32,000 nucleotides of DNA, taken from assembly GCA_048882505.1 (NCBI GenBank), contig JBHLRO010000015.1, positions 1-32,000 of the forward strand. Reading direction: 5' to 3'. Positions within the stretch are counted from its first letter, which is position 1. Every line of letters starts with the position of its first letter. The notes below the pieces were generated by a model, which saw only the letters and a list, made by a program, of their open reading frames with translations, was not told the origin of the DNA and ran no database searches. Source of the stretch: Candidatus Thorarchaeota archaeon. Its GTDB lineage: Archaea > Asgardarchaeota > Heimdallarchaeia > Hodarchaeales > Hodarchaeaceae. Made by a program: the position numbers and the translations under genes. Below, piece after piece: positions 1 through 7,416 of this stretch.

Positions 1-24
1 ATCTGCTATACTGGTGATTTATAA

Positions 25-462
25 ATGGCCTATGAACCCAAAAAGGTTGGAAGTATCAAGGTTGGACGCTATATCATCGATCCAGATTCTAATGAACCTT
101 GCAAGGTTATTTCAATTGATAAAAGTAAACCTGGAAAGCATGGATCAGCTAAAGCACGAATGATGATGGTAGGTTTATTCTCCGACCAAAAAAGACAGTT
201 TATAAGTCCTGTTGATCGACGCGTGAACGTTCCAATTATTAATAAGCGAGTTGGGCAGGTAACTGATATTGAGGCTGATACCGGCTTTGTTCATGTGATG
301 GATACTGAAACATACGAGACGTTTGTAGTCGAACCTCCCACCGAAGAGGAATTGAAAACACGCCTAAGTCAACTCCATAATGAGGGTAAAGGTATCGAAA
401 TCGATTACTGGGACGTCATGGATCGAAAAAAGGTTACCCAAGTCCGAGAACTAAGCATATAG
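25..462 (+). CDS. eif5a: Translation initiation/elongation factor 5A (aIF5A)
   Basis: Hypusine loop SKPGKHGSAKAR; GGTGA Shine-Dalgarno-like motif just upstream of the ATG. Confidence 0.97.
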   Translation: MAYEPKKVGSIKVGRYIIDPDSNEPCKVISIDKSKPGKHGSAKARMMMVGLFSDQKRQFISPVDRRVNVPIINKRVGQVTDIEADTGFVHVMDTETYETFVVEPPTEEELKTRLSQLHNEGKGIEIDYWDVMDRKKVTQVRELSI

Positions 463-498
463 AATTGCAGTTTCAAAGCTCAAAAGGTCGAAGAGTCA

Positions 499-1386
499 TT
501 GGAGAAAAAAGGGAGACTTTCGAGGATAGGAATCTTTTCTCAAGTCCTTAACGAAGGAACCGTGGAAGTTATCGGACAAGTTCTGTCTCTTGGAGAATCA
601 GAGAGCATTGCTTGGTTTTTAAATCCCGAATTGCGTCAATATTTGGACTCTCTTGCAATGACAAATAAAAGCACCTTTACAGCCTGTGTAAGCTCATCAC
701 TTGAGGAAATGCAAGTAGATGCCATAATCTGCATTGGAGGCGACGGTTCGATACTGAGAGTCGCGCGAACGAGACCAGATCTTCCTATTCTTTCGGTTAA
801 CAAAGGTAGAAAGGGTTTCATGACCGAGATCCATCCAAATGATGTTTCATCAAAAATTAAAGAGTTTCTCACAGGAAGATTCGTGCTCGAAGAACATACT
901 AAGATCGATGCTTTTCTAAAAACCAAATATTTGGGATCCTGTATTAATGAGTGCGTTATTACCTCAACAGATTTGCTTAAAACCATCGATTTTCAGTTGT
1001 TTGTTGATGAAATGCTCACTTCGCGATCCCTTGCAGATGGAATCATTATTTCCACTCCAATCGGTTCTACGGGGCATTGCCTTTCAAGTGGAGGAATCCT
1101 GATCGATCCTGCCCTGGAAAACTTTGAGGTCGTATGGATCAATCCAGTAGATTTGACGGTACGTCCCATTGTGCTTTCTTCAAAACGAAAAATAAAAATC
1201 ATTAGTACAACGCGAGTAAATCCGATTAAACTGGTGTTCGATGGACAAGATAGTGTGACTTTTGAAGAAACCCCTATTGAAATCGAGTTTCGTCCCTCTT
1301 TGGAGACCGTGAAGTTCTTACGTTCAAGTCACTTTACCTCCAGGTGGCGACGAAATTTCCATCCTGGCCTCCGTGACCAATCGTGA
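499..1386 (+). CDS. nadK: NAD(+)/NADH kinase family protein (TTG start)
   Basis: GGDGS motif, NE motif (INEC) and ADGIIISTPIGSTG matching the DG...TPTGSTAY signature, with substitutions. Confidence 0.88.
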   Translation: MEKKGRLSRIGIFSQVLNEGTVEVIGQVLSLGESESIAWFLNPELRQYLDSLAMTNKSTFTACVSSSLEEMQVDAIICIGGDGSILRVARTRPDLPILSVNKGRKGFMTEIHPNDVSSKIKEFLTGRFVLEEHTKIDAFLKTKYLGSCINECVITSTDLLKTIDFQLFVDEMLTSRSLADGIIISTPIGSTGHCLSSGGILIDPALENFEVVWINPVDLTVRPIVLSSKRKIKIISTTRVNPIKLVFDGQDSVTFEETPIEIEFRPSLETVKFLRSSHFTSRWRRNFHPGLRDQS

Positions 1387-1943
1387 GAAAGCAAGGCCTC
1401 CAGATTTATGTACTAGATTCTACGGCCTTTATCCGGCTTGACTTTCCTGATCTACTTTTTTGGGGGAAATCAACAACGATTGAGTTCTATACCACGCCTG
1501 GCATTGTTTCAGAACTAAAGGATTTCCGTTCACGAGTAAACCTAGACCTTTTGAGTCAATCAACAAAGTTCAGTGTTACTGAACCTTCATCTAGCCTTGT
1601 ACAAAAGGTTAAACAAGAGATTCAGGTTTTTGATCCACAAACCTCCCTTTCTCAAGTCGATATTGGAGTAATTAGTCTAACGCTCGAATTAAGAGACCGA
1701 TATAATGGGATGGTGGCCTTGATTACAAGCGATTACCGCCTCCAAAACGCTGCTGGCCATCTTAAAGTCCCTATTCACGCTTTGACCGACCAAAAAATTC
1801 TCCAGCTCCGCCGCTGGCAGCTCAAATGTAGAAGTTGTGGGGAGACAACTGATATTGGTGGACAGATCTGTCCGTCTTGTGGCGGACAATTATCAGCTGT
1901 CCGTCTTTCAGCATCAAGGGGAAATATCGGAGGCAAAGAATAA
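1383..1943 (+). CDS. nob1: Nob1-family PIN endonuclease with C-terminal Zn ribbon (SSU rRNA maturation)
   Basis: PIN motifs VLDSTAF, SQVD and TSDYRLQN; CRSC...CPSCGG ribbon; GTGA overlap with nadK. Confidence 0.9.
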   Translation: MRKQGLQIYVLDSTAFIRLDFPDLLFWGKSTTIEFYTTPGIVSELKDFRSRVNLDLLSQSTKFSVTEPSSSLVQKVKQEIQVFDPQTSLSQVDIGVISLTLELRDRYNGMVALITSDYRLQNAAGHLKVPIHALTDQKILQLRRWQLKCRSCGETTDIGGQICPSCGGQLSAVRLSASRGNIGGKE

Positions 1944-1996
1944 ATAAACTTTCAGAATTTCTCTGGTTCAAGCCAAATTACAACGAGGCCTATTGA

Positions 1997-2197
1997 ATGC
2001 CTGAAGAACTGAAGTCAAAGGAAGAATTCATGACGACATTGGAGCTAGCGTCTAGGTGTTATGTCAAACGTGTGAAAAATTCCAATATTGTAAAATTGAA
2101 ATTGAGGACAAAGAAACGGCTGTACACATTTAAGACAACACCGGAAGAGGCGAATAGAATTGTATCTAACCTTAACATAGAGGTTGTTGAGGTCTAA
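1997..2197 (+). CDS. rpl38e: Ribosomal protein eL38
   Basis: 66 aa basic protein; VKLKLRTKKRLYTFK matches the eL38 K(F/L)KVR...YLYT motif. Confidence 0.85.
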   Translation: MPEELKSKEEFMTTLELASRCYVKRVKNSNIVKLKLRTKKRLYTFKTTPEEANRIVSNLNIEVVEV

Positions 2198-2281
2198 CTT
2201 GTCGATTGCAGCCAATTTTCTCTAGAGAATAGAAAGGATTAAAGTATTAACGGAGACAGAAGGATGGGGAGAAGTAAAAGA

Positions 2282-2551
2282 TCAAGCTTCAGAGGAAATG
2301 GTCTCAAGGAGCGATAAAACGTTCCATATGGTCGTACGCGCGAAAAGAGGGCAGTTCGGATCCTGACTAATCTCATCTAAGATACTAATCGCTAAATTGG
2401 CCCTTACCTCTGGGGGATCGTCATCGGGAGTGTTTTTTCCTACGATAGCAGAAAGAGCTTCTTTGGCGGCCCGTCTAATATTCTTTGGTACACTGTGGTC
2501 GCTCGAAACTTGTTGTAATAGATTTTTAACGTTGTTAATTTTATCTTCCAT
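2282..2551 (-). CDS. UPF0147 family protein
   Basis: D.SVPKNIRRAA ... AISILDEISQDPNCP.FART.IW signature; GGTGA upstream on the minus strand. Confidence 0.9.
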   Translation of the reverse strand: MEDKINNVKNLLQQVSSDHSVPKNIRRAAKEALSAIVGKNTPDDDPPEVRANLAISILDEISQDPNCPLFARTTIWNVLSLLETISSEA

Positions 2552-2649
2552 GATTTCTCACCAAAATTAAGCAGATAGGCTATTTTAAGTGCAGATCCGG
2601 ATATTTCTTCGCCAGTTAACGGTAGAAAGGTTAGGAAATCTGTTAAGCC

Positions 2650-3255
2650 ATGCGTTATAATGTTGATTATTATGCTTATCCCCGTGTACGCTGGCATGCA
2701 AATAGATATATTTCTACTCAAAATCATCGCAAAATAAGTCACCTGACGGAAAGACGAGGAGAAATAAGGCAATTGGCCAGTGAAGAGCGCGAGATCGATT
2801 TATATATGATTTATGATCTTATGTTGCAAGGTGGTGGACTAATCTGTTCCCACTGCGGAGGAAACCTAGACATCGAGGATTTGATGCAGCAGAATATAGT
2901 GCTAGGCGATAATGAAGGGTACTTAAGTCATGTTGATTGCTTGATACAGTTTTTGATGCAAGCGGAGCCCATAATCTCATCAGGGCTCTCCTACGGACTT
3001 ATATCTGAAGACCAGGTACGTGATGCCTTGTTGTCTCAACCCTGGGAATCAGTTCTTTTGGATATTCGTAGAACTTGCTCTAAGAGGCAATTGACTCACT
3101 CTTTCCAAAAAGCCAAACAATTTATTGCCACGCAGGCTCACCATATCGAGGCCCGAAACGTTCACAATCTTGGGCTATTGGAAGACTACTTAGAAAGAGT
3201 AGAACAGCTCGCTTACCCCCTTGATCTGGCCTCTTTGTATTCTGATTTTAATTAG
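2650..3255 (+). CDS. Hypothetical protein with putative C-x2-C-x24-H-x2-C zinc finger; true start probably 2806 or 2821
   Basis: CSHC...HVDC followed by a helical region; TATA-like TTTATATA at 2799-2806 suggests a later start. Confidence 0.55.
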   Translation: MRYNVDYYAYPRVRWHANRYISTQNHRKISHLTERRGEIRQLASEEREIDLYMIYDLMLQGGGLICSHCGGNLDIEDLMQQNIVLGDNEGYLSHVDCLIQFLMQAEPIISSGLSYGLISEDQVRDALLSQPWESVLLDIRRTCSKRQLTHSFQKAKQFIATQAHHIEARNVHNLGLLEDYLERVEQLAYPLDLASLYSDFN

Positions 3256-3315
3256 TCGAACAAAGTATATATCTTATTCGTAAGTGTTTTTTACTTACAA
3301 GCACTGTGAAATGCA

Positions 3316-3567
3316 ATGAAGGTCGATCTCTCCGAAATCCCTAATGACGAAGTCCTTGATAACCTTGTTAATTACATTAAGGATAAAGAAGGCATTAAGG
3401 TCAAGAAAGAAGGAAAAACGCTCAACGTGCCCAAGATTTCCGCACGCAAGCTCAAATTCTATACTAAGAAAGTTCTACGAAAGATAGATCTTCCAGGTCA
3501 CTTCAAAGTGATTTCGAAAGGACCTGACGAAGGATTCATGGTATATTTTCGAGAATTTTCCCAATGA
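3316..3567 (+). CDS. rpl22e: Ribosomal protein eL22-like
   Basis: SARKLKFYTKKVLRKIDLPGHFKVIS aligns by eye with eukaryotic eL22 [26 protein letters not shown]. Confidence 0.75.
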   Translation: MKVDLSEIPNDEVLDNLVNYIKDKEGIKVKKEGKTLNVPKISARKLKFYTKKVLRKIDLPGHFKVISKGPDEGFMVYFREFSQ

Positions 3568-4685
3568 AAAACAAAAAGACTGAAACCTCTTGGGGGAGTA
3601 CCTATTCGGGACAACTCTCAAAAGGCTGTCGGCAATGTCATCGTGGAGAGAAGATGGTTGTTCTGGTATCCTCACTATGCAATAGCAAGTGTTTTTATTG
3701 CCCATTAAGCCAAGAGCGTCTGGCTTCTCCACATTCCTTCGCAAACGAGCGTCCAGTCATTAATATTAATGATTTAACAACTGAATCCATCTTGATGGAC
3801 GCAGCAGGAGCAAGTATGACGGGGGGGGATCCCTTCGAATCCCAATCATTCTCTAAAACTCTAGAATATTGTCGGACATTGAAGAACAATCAGAATCAAG
3901 GTTTTCACATCCATCTATACACCCGTGGTAAGGAAATTACACGTACCAAACTTGCACAAATTGTACCGTACCTAGATGAAATCCGGTTTCATGTCAAAAA
4001 TATTGACAAGGATTTACCTTCCATAGCTAAAGCTCTCGAATTTCCTCTAGATGTCGGAATCGAAGTTCCGGTCCTTCCTACAAAGACCTTGGAGTATTAT
4101 CAGGAAATGATTCTTCGTTTTGAAGCTATAATTCCAGAGAACGACCAATTCTATTTTGTAAACTTGAACGAGCTAGAATTTAGCGAAACCAATTATCGTA
4201 AGCTTATTGCACAAGGATTAAAATCGACTCAGTATAATTTAGCGGCTGTCAAAGGCAGTTTGGAACTCGGACAACAAATTGTAACTTGGGCCTCAGAGAA
4301 CTGCGGTATCCCTGTCCATTTTTGTGCATTAGCAACAAAGGATTCCATCCAATTGCCTAATCGCCTCCTACGAATTGCAAGGAATGTCCAATTGCCAGGC
4401 GACGTTATCATCGAGGAGGGGCCCGATAAAGGGTTGTTGTTACGTGGAATTATACAAACTCCAGAAAACAATCTTCCCTATGTTCGCAGGGTGTTGATAA
4501 ACAGTTTTCAGATTCCAGATGAGTGGATTCACCTAGATTATACGAATAATCGGCTATTAACTAATGCCGCCTTAATAGAGGAATTAAAAAACGAAATTAA
4601 GAACATTTTTCCCACGGTTTCGCTAGGTATCATCGAAGAATATCCGACACATGATAAACTCCAGACAATGTTTATCCCATTGTGA
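3564..4685 (+). CDS. Radical SAM protein, archaeal COG2108-like
   Basis: CNSKCFYC (CxxxCxxC), upstream GCRQC, MTGGDP, NLNELEFSETN; ATGA overlap with rpl22e. Confidence 0.88.
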   Translation: MKNKKTETSWGSTYSGQLSKGCRQCHRGEKMVVLVSSLCNSKCFYCPLSQERLASPHSFANERPVININDLTTESILMDAAGASMTGGDPFESQSFSKTLEYCRTLKNNQNQGFHIHLYTRGKEITRTKLAQIVPYLDEIRFHVKNIDKDLPSIAKALEFPLDVGIEVPVLPTKTLEYYQEMILRFEAIIPENDQFYFVNLNELEFSETNYRKLIAQGLKSTQYNLAAVKGSLELGQQIVTWASENCGIPVHFCALATKDSIQLPNRLLRIARNVQLPGDVIIEEGPDKGLLLRGIIQTPENNLPYVRRVLINSFQIPDEWIHLDYTNNRLLTNAALIEELKNEIKNIFPTVSLGIIEEYPTHDKLQTMFIPL

Positions 4686-4918
4686 AGTTTTCCGGATTAT
4701 TGTGAATAATTCTAATAAATGCTCTAATGCAAATATAGATTGTTAAAACCTCTTTCTACCATCACAAATGCCCATTTTGAAAAATAAATTACGAAAATAA
4801 CCCACATATTGAGAAGCAGCAGGTGTAACGATCTTAGTTCAGGTTTCAATGGTTGGAACGATTATTCAAGTAAAGAAAGCAACACTGTATCAAAGATTTT
4901 CCTTGACTTCACACTGCT

Positions 4919-6049
4919 TTAGGATACTTCTTGCCAATGAATACCTAATTGATCCGCATAAGCACGACTGCGTTCCATCTCCTGTCCCGTGATTCGCCGC
5001 CTTATTGATAAATATCTGGGATCCGTGTGTACTTTATGCTCTGGTCTATACTGTCCCATTATGTTCACAAATGCTTGCGGAATATTCTCAGCACACCATT
5101 CTAGGATGGGGAATGTATCAGCTTCAATCCGACCTGGCATAACCAGGTGGCGAACTATCATCTCAGTAGAACTGTTTTCATACGCCCATTTGATGTTGCG
5201 GGTTACTACCTCCCAATAATTCTTTGCCCGGGTCATTTTTTTTGCGAAATCATTATCGTGAAACTTCAAATCAGGTAACCAGAAGTCTATGACATCCTGT
5301 AGGAGTTCTATCCCTTCTATCGTCATGTACATGTCTGAATTCCAAAGTTGTGTTATATTATTACGAAAATGTGTCATAGATTCCAAAATATTGTGTATAT
5401 TCGGGATGGGGTCTCCTCCGACATAATTAATGTTCTTGCTTCCCTCAGATGCTAGTCTTTTCATGATTCTTGCTAGATCCAAAGGCGAGACAAAATATCC
5501 TTCGTTTAGGTCTTTGATCGTTCCCCATCGTTGGCTGATCGTCCAATTCTGACAAAAAACGCATTTAAAGACGCAGGATGCGAAAAAAATGGTTCCAGAT
5601 GGGATAAGCGGAGGTTCCTCACCAATATGTAGAAATGCAGAAGTCACCACGCTTCTATCATCTAGTCGACAAAATCCTAGCTTACCTGCCGAACGGTTTA
5701 TTCCGCAATTCCGTTCACAAAGGTTACATTTTTTTAATAATTCCCGAGCAATGTGTGTTTTCAAATCCAAAAAAGATACGGATGGAGTGCTTACCGTATT
5801 TATCCCAACCTTCCCCGTATCAAGGTTATGGAGCATATCCTCAAAGCTTTTTCGGGTCAACTGATGTAGAGGCCAAAGTTGATCTAGATCCAATGATCGC
5901 AAATCATCTGCTTTAACAGGGGTTTTTTTGGCCACCAGATACTTGGCAACCTTCTCCTGTTTTATTATTCCATGATATCGATGGAATCTTTGCTTAACTA
6001 TTTCGTTATTCCAAACTGCATCGGTATCCAAGCGTAGCAGCCTAAGCAT
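4919..6049 (-). CDS. Radical SAM protein, PflX/COG1313-like
   Basis: CNLCERNC...GFC auxiliary cysteines, SGTIFF.SCVFKCVFCQNWTISQ, VGGDPIP, VRHLVMPG, NIMGQYRP. Confidence 0.88.
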   Translation of the reverse strand: MLRLLRLDTDAVWNNEIVKQRFHRYHGIIKQEKVAKYLVAKKTPVKADDLRSLDLDQLWPLHQLTRKSFEDMLHNLDTGKVGINTVSTPSVSFLDLKTHIARELLKKCNLCERNCGINRSAGKLGFCRLDDRSVVTSAFLHIGEEPPLIPSGTIFFASCVFKCVFCQNWTISQRWGTIKDLNEGYFVSPLDLARIMKRLASEGSKNINYVGGDPIPNIHNILESMTHFRNNITQLWNSDMYMTIEGIELLQDVIDFWLPDLKFHDNDFAKKMTRAKNYWEVVTRNIKWAYENSSTEMIVRHLVMPGRIEADTFPILEWCAENIPQAFVNIMGQYRPEHKVHTDPRYLSIRRRITGQEMERSRAYADQLGIHWQEVS

Positions 6050-6295
6050 AGACTAGCTCCTTGAAGGAAACTTTGGTTATCTCGACTCAAAGCGAGGAAA
6101 AAACCGCCGTGAACGTGATTGGCGCGCATCCTCTAATAACAATGACCTTTATAAATTCAGAATCCCTTTACCAAATGAATCACAAACCAAAGCACAAATA
6201 ATATTACCGTGAAATCTCCCATCAGAATCAACCTTCAGCCCAACACTCATAGATCGAAAAACAATAAGAAATTCCATTTGGAGTATGTTTGAACA

Positions 6296-6532
6296 GTGGC
6301 GAAATGTCCTGAATGTGGCGGACTGGCAAAATGGCGAAGCCCCTTTTATGTCTGCACCGTCTGTGGTCTTGCCCTCCGAAGACGAGAGTATGAACAGATG
6401 CATGATCGTCAACGGGCAATGGTCATGGAGGCCCAGATAGATAGGGTCGAAAACGAAGCCGATTTTGGTGACCAACGCAAAAGAAAACGTAATAAGGAAT
6501 ATTTAGATTGGTACCTCGGTAAAAAAGGCTAA
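6296..6532 (+). CDS. Small Zn-ribbon protein (CPECGG...CTVCG) with charged C-terminal helix
   Basis: Two CxxC knuckles at the N-terminus; GTG start; ends KRKRNKEYLDWYLGKKG. Confidence 0.75.
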   Translation: MAKCPECGGLAKWRSPFYVCTVCGLALRRREYEQMHDRQRAMVMEAQIDRVENEADFGDQRKRKRNKEYLDWYLGKKG

Positions 6533-6761
6533 GTTAAACTCTAAGTGACTAGTTTCCGCTCAATATGATCAAGAAGAATAGTGTCTGACAGTAACCCAGA
6601 ACTATGTACCGCTCTTATCCCGTATTCCCTTCTCATCTGCCATATGGAAGATCCAATATAGTAAGTTTGGAGTTATAGCTCCACGAATTTTGTGTTAACC
6701 TAATTTTCCCAATACTTTTTTTTCAATTAGCTCCATCCCGACATCTCGAGGGATGTCAAAA

Positions 6762-6875
6762 CGGGCCCGATGGGATTCGAACCCATGGTCTCTGCGTTTC
6801 TCCAAAATCAAGTTCTCCGGAAGTTTCCGGAGCGCAGTACTCTTTCTGAAGTGATCCAGGCTAAGCTACGGGCCC
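6762..6875 (-). tRNA. tRNA-Arg(CCG) with two introns (10 nt in D loop, 6844-6853; 29 nt at 37/38, 6798-6826)
   Basis: Acceptor GGGCCCG/CGGGCCC, anticodon stem CTGCG/CGCAG, T arm ATGGG-TTCGAAT-CCCAT; both inserts have bulge-helix-bulge-like junctions. Confidence 0.9.
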
Positions 6876-6909
6876 TTACTAATATTAGGTCATTGATTTG
6901 GATATGTAA

Positions 6910-7046
6910 CGGACTCGGAGGGAATTTCCTGTTGCTGATCCCACAAGATCCGACATTTTGAACCCTCGATCACCTGCTCTCACCATTAACGCGTGCTGCG
7001 TTATTGATAGGAGGCAGGGGCTTTATCCAGGCTAAGCCACGAGTCC
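6910..7046 (-). tRNA. tRNA-Arg(CCT) with two introns (29 nt at 37/38, 6979-7007; about 33 nt in T loop, 6924-6956)
   Basis: Acceptor GGACTCG/CGAGTCC, D arm GCTT/AAGC, anticodon stem CCTGC/GCAGG, T stem GAGGG/CCCTC interrupted by an insert; exact T-loop junction uncertain by about 1 nt. Confidence 0.88.
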
Positions 7047-7064
7047 TTTTTTTCTATTCATATA

Positions 7065-7172
7065 TGGCGGATCCGGGGGGATTTGAACCCCCGATCTACG
7101 ACTTAGAAGGCCGTCGCTCGAGACCGAAACTAATATCCTAGGTTTCTTTTATCCAGGCTAAGCCACGGATCC
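7065..7172 (-). tRNA. tRNA-Arg(TCT) with a 30-nt D-arm intron (7119-7148, about position 22/23) and encoded CCA
   Basis: Acceptor GGATCCG/CGGATCC, anticodon arm ACGGC-CTTCTAA-GTCGT, T arm GGGGG-TTCAAAT-CCCCC, terminal GCCA; BHB central helix GGAU/GUCU. Confidence 0.93.
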
Positions 7173-7416
7173 AATGAATGCTGTTGACTGTTTAATTTGA
7201 AATACCCTTGAGATAATGAAGGCTATGTGCCCTTTAAAGATATTTCCGAACAGTAACATAAAGCTATTTCATGTAAACTTATATCGTCTGTAAACAAACA
7301 GGAGTTGGGTATGGGTGGAAAAAAAGCACTGTCATTGAATAGAAAGACAGAGTTGGCAGCTAACTGGGCGCTGCAACGACGACGTAAGATTTAGATAAGT
7401 CTCAGAGTGTGCTGGC

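Noticed and set aside
6565-6588. ATGATCA-N13-CTGA, a possible half C/D motif
   Set aside because: No second box pair, no terminal stem and no recognisable rRNA complement
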